Shown here: positions 26,883 through 32,000 of the stretch, in pieces | Layout: every line of letters begins with the position of its first letter | How positions within the stretch are numbered: position 1 is the stretch's first letter | NCBI RefSeq assembly: GCF_001548275.1 | Contig: NZ_AP014945.1 | Coordinates: 390,001 to 422,000 of the forward strand | Source: Caldimicrobium thiodismutans | GTDB taxonomy: Bacteria > Desulfobacterota > Thermodesulfobacteria > Thermodesulfobacteriales > Thermodesulfobacteriaceae | Reading direction: 5' to 3' | DNA: 32,000 nt | Notes under the pieces: model-generated | Told to the model about the DNA's origin: nothing | Databases searched by the model: none | What the model saw: the letters and a program-made list of their open reading frames with translations, nothing else | Translations under genes and position numbers: made by a program

Positions 26883-27117
26883 TTGAGATCCCTCCTCTCT
26901 CTATCCATTTTTTTAAATCATTATCTTCGGGAAGCTTTTCAATTTTTGGTTTAAAAATCATTAAAAGCTGTAAAATAGCTGTGTGAATATGTCTGCACTT
27001 GCTCATGTCAATTTTACCTTGCTTCTTCTCTAAGAACCAGTTAAACAAAGTTTCTGTATCTTCAATTGTTACTATATCAATAAATTTAACTATTCTGTTT
27101 TTAATCTGCAGTGGCAT
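26875..27117 (-). CDS. Small (80 aa) protein, possibly STAS-like, translationally coupled between cheA and cheY
   Basis: It overlaps the cheA stop by 17 nt and the cheY start by 8 nt. The weak resemblance to STAS/anti-sigma-antagonist-like modules (IDMSKCRHIHTAILQLL) is judged by eye only. Confidence 0.6.
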   Translation of the reverse strand: MPLQIKNRIVKFIDIVTIEDTETLFNWFLEKKQGKIDMSKCRHIHTAILQLLMIFKPKIEKLPEDNDLKKWIERGGISNE

Positions 27118-29734
27118 ATATTAACTCCTCTGGATTTATTATTAATAAAACTGAACCATCACCCATTATTGCTGTTCCTGAAAATATCTTGAGATTTGCC
27201 AAGTATCCTGCAAAGGGTTTAAGAATTATATCCATAGTGCCAAGAAATTTATCCACTATTATGCCGATTAACTCTCCTGTAGTATTGACAACAACACCAG
27301 CATATTCTCCACTTTCATTTAAAATTTGGGGTTTTTCTATATCCAGCAGTTTATTAAGATAAAACAGAGGCACCACTTTGTCCCTTAAAACAGTTGTCAT
27401 CTTTCCTTTAATGGTGTGAATTCTTTCCCTTGGTATTCTTACTGTTTCAACTACAAAATCCATAGGAATCCCAAATTTTTTCTCTCCAGACTCTATTATT
27501 ATTATATGAGAAACAGCCATTGAAAGAGGCAAGGATAGCGATACTGTTGTTCCCTGGTTTTTAACAGATTTTACTTTAACTGAACCTTTAAGATTTTCCA
27601 CAGTTGATTTTACTACATCCATTCCAACACCTCTGCCTGAGAGGTCTGAAGCGGATTCTTTTGTTGAAAAACCTGGATGAAAAATGAGATTTAAAGCCTG
27701 TTCATCGGTAATTTTCTCAAGTTCTTCCTCTGTTATAACTCCCTTTTTATAGGCCTTTATCTTAATTTCATTTGGATCTATGCCCTTTCCATCATCAATA
27801 ACCTCTATTAACAGATGATCTCCTTCATGTTTGGCTCTGAGAATAACTGTTCCAGTTTCTGGTTTACCTTTTTTAATTCTTTCTTCAGGTGATTCAATAC
27901 CGTGATCAATGCTGTTTCTTATTAAATGAATAAGCGGATCAGAAAGCGCCTCTATGACATTTTTATCTGCCTCTGTTTCTTCTCCTTCCATAATAAGATT
28001 TACTTTTTTGTTAAGTTTCTTTGATATATCCCTTACAAGTCTTGGATATCTCTGAAAAACAAAAGAAACAGGAATCATTCTTACCTGCATTATTGCACCA
28101 TGCATCTCCTCAGATAACCGGTTGATGACGCTATACTGTGCTTTAATATCTTTAACAATTTCTGGTATTTGGTAAACATTTTCAACCTTACTTGCAAGAT
28201 AAAGAAGAGCATTTTTGGCAACCACAAGCTCTCCAATTAAATTCATAAGCCTGTCAATCTTTTCCTCATCAACCTTTAAAACTTTTGTCGAAACAGCAGG
28301 ACTGGCTTTCTTTTGATCAATCTCTTCTGATACTTTGGAAGTAATTTCTTTAGCTAAAGATTGATCTTTCGGCAATTCAGGTTTAACTGAGACTGTTTCT
28401 TCCTTATAAAGATTACTCAAGAGTATATTATCAATCCATTTTATGATTAAATCAATATCCTTTGATTCTTTTATTGTTTTAAAATCATTTAAAAGTTCAG
28501 AATTTTTTATTGATAAAATTGCATTTTCTATAACAGAAATAACAGCTATAATAATATTGTTTTTAAACATACTGTTTTCCGAAAGCTTTGCTCTCTCCAA
28601 AACTTCTTTTTGAGTTTTTAGAACTTTTATGAAATCATCTGGAAATTTTGCTGTTCTTGCTGTCTCATAAACTACTTCTTTTTTTTCTACTGTGAACACA
28701 GGCATTGACATTGTTATTATAGATTCAAGAAGTGGTTCTATATAGACTTTTGCTATAGGCAAATGTTCAATGAGGACTAAAATCCATCTTAATGATGAGG
28801 CAATATACAACGTAGGAGAGGTGAATTCCAAAAGTGCGTTTATAGCAGTCTTTAATGAATCTATATTTCCTTTGTTTAAGTATCTTTTTGCTTCTATTAT
28901 GAAATCTTCATACACAGGACCACCGTTTTTATCTCCATGTGGAAATATAAGAGAACTTACTTCAATCTCAGCAAGTTTAACCTGATCCAATACATACTTA
29001 AAATGTTCAACAAGGTCTTCTTTTTTTGCTGTTGATAAAATTTCAAAGTTAGTAATGCATTTATAAATATCTATCAATGATGGATCAAGAACTTCTTCTC
29101 TTAAATAATATCTTGCCCAGATTATATCAGGAACATTTCTCACATAATAAAAGGGATCTTCGCCTTTATAAAAACATTCAGCTTCAAGAGAGTATTGAAT
29201 TAAAATAATTTTTTTTCCATTAAAAAACTCTTTTACTGCTTTCATGCGATATTCTTCAGGAATAATGGAAAAATCAAAATCAAGTTTTGATTGTATCGGT
29301 TCCTTTTTTTGGTGTTTTTCTTCCATTTCTGCTTCTTTTTTTTGAGTTGACTTTAAAAAATTCTCTCTTATTTCTTTAGACTTTTGTTCAGCTAATTGTT
29401 CTATGGAAGAAGATAATGAACCATGCTTCTCAATCTCTTCAATCATAAATGAGACTAAATCCATTCCATCAAGTAGGATGTCCGCTATCTGTGAACTGTA
29501 ACTTAATTCATTTTCCCTTATAAGACCCATTAAATCTTCTAATGCATGTAAAAGCTTTGTCATAGAGTAAAAATTAAATAAGCCAGAATTACCCTTCAGT
29601 GTATGAACAAGACGGAAAAGTTCATTTATGAGAGTTTTGTCTTCTTTTTCTTCAAGTTCAATAATTATCTTACTTGCACTTTCTAAAAGTTCTCTACTTT
29701 CTATAATAAACTGTTTAAGTAAAGGATTACTCAT
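27101..29734 (-). CDS. cheA: Chemotaxis histidine kinase CheA, with an unusually long region between P1 and P3
   Basis: 877 aa. It has Hpt with the phospho-His context (FRLVHTLKGNSG), P3 (IDRLMNLIGELVVAKNAL), HATPase boxes (HLIRNSIDHG, DDGKGID, GRGVGMDVV) and a C-terminal CheW-like P5. Confidence 0.96.
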   Translation of the reverse strand: MSNPLLKQFIIESRELLESASKIIIELEEKEDKTLINELFRLVHTLKGNSGLFNFYSMTKLLHALEDLMGLIRENELSYSSQIADILLDGMDLVSFMIEEIEKHGSLSSSIEQLAEQKSKEIRENFLKSTQKKEAEMEEKHQKKEPIQSKLDFDFSIIPEEYRMKAVKEFFNGKKIILIQYSLEAECFYKGEDPFYYVRNVPDIIWARYYLREEVLDPSLIDIYKCITNFEILSTAKKEDLVEHFKYVLDQVKLAEIEVSSLIFPHGDKNGGPVYEDFIIEAKRYLNKGNIDSLKTAINALLEFTSPTLYIASSLRWILVLIEHLPIAKVYIEPLLESIITMSMPVFTVEKKEVVYETARTAKFPDDFIKVLKTQKEVLERAKLSENSMFKNNIIIAVISVIENAILSIKNSELLNDFKTIKESKDIDLIIKWIDNILLSNLYKEETVSVKPELPKDQSLAKEITSKVSEEIDQKKASPAVSTKVLKVDEEKIDRLMNLIGELVVAKNALLYLASKVENVYQIPEIVKDIKAQYSVINRLSEEMHGAIMQVRMIPVSFVFQRYPRLVRDISKKLNKKVNLIMEGEETEADKNVIEALSDPLIHLIRNSIDHGIESPEERIKKGKPETGTVILRAKHEGDHLLIEVIDDGKGIDPNEIKIKAYKKGVITEEELEKITDEQALNLIFHPGFSTKESASDLSGRGVGMDVVKSTVENLKGSVKVKSVKNQGTTVSLSLPLSMAVSHIIIIESGEKKFGIPMDFVVETVRIPRERIHTIKGKMTTVLRDKVVPLFYLNKLLDIEKPQILNESGEYAGVVVNTTGELIGIIVDKFLGTMDIILKPFAGYLANLKIFSGTAIMGDGSVLLIINPEELIYATAD

Positions 29735-30101
29735 ATGGTTCTCCCGAAAAGAGTTTACATATTTTTATAAATTCATTAGGTTTAACAGGTTTTACGATGT
29801 AAAAGTTTGCTCCATTTTTATATGCTTTTTCTATGTCATTTTCTTCTGCTTCGGTTGAAACCATTATTACAGGTGACTGTTTAAGACTTTCGCTACTTCT
29901 AATCTCTTTAACAAAATTATAACCATCAAGTTGTGGCATATTAATATCAACAATGTATAGGTCATAATAATTTACGTATGCTTTTTCAAGGGCTTCATAA
30001 CCATTTATAGCTTCATCAACCTCAAAACCAGCATCCTCAAGAAGTTTTCTATGATACATTCTTACTGTTGCTGCGTCATCAACTATCAGAACTTTCTTCA
30101 T
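29727..30101 (-). CDS. cheY: CheY-like single-domain response regulator
   Basis: 124 aa with VLIVDDAATVR, YIVDINMPQLDG, VSTE and VKP. It overlaps the cheA start by 8 nt. Confidence 0.92.
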   Translation of the reverse strand: MKKVLIVDDAATVRMYHRKLLEDAGFEVDEAINGYEALEKAYVNYYDLYIVDINMPQLDGYNFVKEIRSSESLKQSPVIMVSTEAEENDIEKAYKNGANFYIVKPVKPNEFIKICKLFSGEPYE

Positions 30102-30973
30102 TCCTCCTCCTCAAGAGGTTTTTGATAAACAATGGCTTCAGGGAACTTTCTGATTTTAAAAAGTGGAGATATTCTGCTCATGGATTCGGAATGACCAAGA
30201 CAAATAAATCCCCCTGGATTTAAAGCATCATAAAGGTTTTCTACAGCCAATTTTCTTGATAAATCATCAAAATATATAAGAAGATTTCTACAGAATATTA
30301 TATCAAACCCTCGGTATTTTTTCATCTCTGTTTCATCAACTATATTTACTATCGTAAACCTAATAGATTCTCTTAATTCATCAGAAATTTGAAAAGTTCC
30401 ATCACTAATGTGATTAAAATATTTTTGAAATATATCCTTAGGTAATGTATCCAGAGAACGCTTAGAGTAAATACCTTTTCTGGCTTTCTCAATAACAGAG
30501 GTATCAATGTCTGATCCTATTACTTCCACATCCCATTTATCAATATCCTTCCAGTATTCAAGCAAATATATGCATATTGAATATGGCTCTTCACCAGAAG
30601 AAGATGGTATAGACCATATTTTTATGGTGCTTCCAGGTTTCTTCCTTGATATTATTTCAGGTAACATGCTATTTACCATACATTTAAACTGATACTCTTC
30701 TCTGAAAAAATAAGTTTCATTAATTGTTAGAGTATTTATCAGTTCCTGTAGTTCCCTACCTGAGTCTTGATATCTTAAAAATAGAAAATAGTTTTTAAAG
30801 CTGCTGAATTCTCCTGATTTAATTCTCTCTATAAGTCTTCTTTCAACAAAATATCTTTTACTTTTATCAAAATAAATCCCACTTTTTCTGTAAAAAAACT
30901 CTACGAATCTTTCAAAGTCAGTATCAGATATTATTACTTCAAATTCAGTTTTTAACATACAATCAGCTTTCAT
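30098..30973 (-). CDS. cheR: Chemotaxis protein methyltransferase CheR
   Basis: 291 aa with the N-terminal helical domain, TINETYFFRE, the SAM-binding IWSIPSSSGEEPYS, and IFCRNLLIYFD. Confidence 0.94.
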   Translation of the reverse strand: MKADCMLKTEFEVIISDTDFERFVEFFYRKSGIYFDKSKRYFVERRLIERIKSGEFSSFKNYFLFLRYQDSGRELQELINTLTINETYFFREEYQFKCMVNSMLPEIISRKKPGSTIKIWSIPSSSGEEPYSICIYLLEYWKDIDKWDVEVIGSDIDTSVIEKARKGIYSKRSLDTLPKDIFQKYFNHISDGTFQISDELRESIRFTIVNIVDETEMKKYRGFDIIFCRNLLIYFDDLSRKLAVENLYDALNPGGFICLGHSESMSRISPLFKIRKFPEAIVYQKPLEEEE

Positions 30974-31595
30974 TGATCCTTTTCAAAGCTAAATCTGCTA
31001 CAAATTGAATATATTGTTCATCTTTGAATTTTTCTTTAACTTTTTTTATAGCTGGTATAGCATCCTTTGTTTCTACCTCAGCAAGTAAATTAAGAGCTAC
31101 TCCGCAAACATTTACATTATTATCTGTTTCAATAACATAAGTAAGCCATTTAACTACATCAGGATGTTTGAAATTCTCAAGAATATTTATGGCGAAAATT
31201 CTCATGTCAGGTTCTGGGGAATTAAGTAGCTTTTCTATATATGGAGATACTTTTTCAGGTAATTGACTTAGGGCAAATATTGCAGAGTTCCTCAAATGGG
31301 CATCATCACTTTTTAAGCAATTAATTAGTCCTTCAATAGCTAATTCATCGCCTATTGTAATTAAAGAGCTTATTATTATTTCACGAACTGAGATGTCTTT
31401 TTCTTTCATAAGTTGGGCTATTAAATAACCTGATGCTTTTTCTTTGTATTGTATTAAGTCTCTTACAGCCCATCTTCTTTCTTTTGGATTTTCGCTTGAA
31501 AGCTGAACTATTAAATTCTCAAAATTTCTCTCAATACTTCGTCTTTCTTCTTTTATATCAAATACTTCACTCTCTTCCTTCCTTTTTATTGGCAT
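30963..31595 (-). CDS. HEAT-repeat (PBS-lyase-type) protein inside the che operon
   Basis: 210 aa with repeated ~30-aa units (ERRWAVRDLIQY.., SVREIIISSLITIGD.., AHLRNSAIFALSQL.., PDMRIFAINILENF..). Confidence 0.85.
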   Translation of the reverse strand: MPIKRKEESEVFDIKEERRSIERNFENLIVQLSSENPKERRWAVRDLIQYKEKASGYLIAQLMKEKDISVREIIISSLITIGDELAIEGLINCLKSDDAHLRNSAIFALSQLPEKVSPYIEKLLNSPEPDMRIFAINILENFKHPDVVKWLTYVIETDNNVNVCGVALNLLAEVETKDAIPAIKKVKEKFKDEQYIQFVADLALKRINES

Positions 31596-31606
31596 ACTCT
31601 CTCTCC

Positions 31607-32000
31607 TTATACCTTGTTATTTGCCCATAAAATAAGCTGTTCTGCTATTTTTTCTGAGGGAAGCACAACTTCTGCTCCACCTTTTTCAATAAGTTCTCTT
31701 GGCATTCCGAAAACAACTGCTGATTCTTCTGATTCAGCAATTGTTTTTCCACCTCTCTTTTTAATCTCAGTAAAGGCATCAGCTCCGTCATACCCCATTC
31801 CTGTAAGCATAACTGCAATAACTTTTTTAGGATCACAGTGTTCAAGCACAGAACGCCCAAGTATTTCCACCGAGGGATGCCATAGAAAAGAGGGATTTTC
31901 TGGTTTTGGGTGAACAATAAGTTTGCCAGACCTTCTTGAAACAACAACATCAGTTCCACCTTTGCCGATGTATATTTTGCCTTTTTCAACTGGTAAAGGT
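31607..32000 (-). CDS. cheB: Chemotaxis methylesterase CheB, C-terminal catalytic part (5' end outside the window)
   Basis: My translation of the minus strand stays open to the window edge: ..GKIYIGKGGTDVVVSRRSGKLIVHPKPENPSFLWHPSVEILGRSV..VMLTGMGYDGA..ESEESAVVFGMPRE. The listed 31607..31870 ORF merely starts at an internal GTG. Confidence 0.93.
   Translation of the reverse strand, partial: PLPVEKGKIYIGKGGTDVVVSRRSGKLIVHPKPENPSFLWHPSVEILGRSVLEHCDPKKVIAVMLTGMGYDGADAFTEIKKRGGKTIAESEESAVVFGMPRELIEKGGAEVVLPSEKIAEQLILWANNKV

Noticed and set aside
31645-31989. 114-aa minus-strand ORF 31645..31989
   Set aside because: It overlaps, in another frame, the CheB reading frame. That frame translates into unmistakable CheB motifs up to the window edge (WHPSVEIL, MLTGMGYDGA).
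24430-32000. The chemotaxis cluster as a compositionally distinct (horizontally acquired) island
   Set aside because: My hand counts of 60-nt samples gave ~30-33% GC in the che genes. Samples elsewhere ranged from 25% to 50% (for example 25% at 3601-3660, 30% at 17161-17220, 50% in ahcY). The difference is therefore not demonstrable without a proper sliding-window and codon-usage calculation.

Overview
AT-rich bacterial chromosomal window with about 31 credible CDS. I saw no rRNA, tRNA or CRISPR array. The left three quarters are mostly housekeeping genes, largely on the minus strand: a TPR protein (partial), a lipoprotein, two tandem CNNM/CorC-type CBS transporters and two hypothetical helical proteins. 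These are followed by a SpoU methyltransferase, an NTF2-like protein, a UmuD-like S24 peptidase with a Y-family polymerase, AhcY, MetK and rubrerythrin. Next come a DUF3782-type coiled-coil/PD-(D/E)XK protein, a creatininase-family hydrolase, Mfd, a PilZ-like protein, UvrD/PcrA, a three-gene Cys-rich/Fe-S operon and a LysM-NlpC/P60 wall hydrolase. The right quarter (24.4-32 kb) is one tightly packed minus-strand chemotaxis operon: cheB, HEAT, cheR, cheY, cheA, a small STAS-like gene, cheY, mcp and a parA-like gene. Rubrerythrin, the Fe-S proteins and a perfect FNR-type box suggest an anaerobe; any finer lineage assignment would be guesswork. The main structure not explained by genes is a repeat family. 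Six of the large intergenic gaps between 5.0 and 24.3 kb each hold a copy of the same non-coding mosaic element, 116-280 bp long. It has 5'-TG...CA-3' imperfect terminal inverted repeats, a conserved GGGCAAAC/GTTTGCCC hairpin and a CT-rich module. All six copies lie in the same orientation. Each ends 5-7 nt from the -35 box of a minus-strand sigma70-like promoter that has a 16-nt spacer. Two sister copies bracket the DUF3782/PD-(D/E)XK gene. No transposase is present in the window. Whether the element is a MITE, a promoter-associated regulatory module or an sRNA family cannot be decided from sequence alone.
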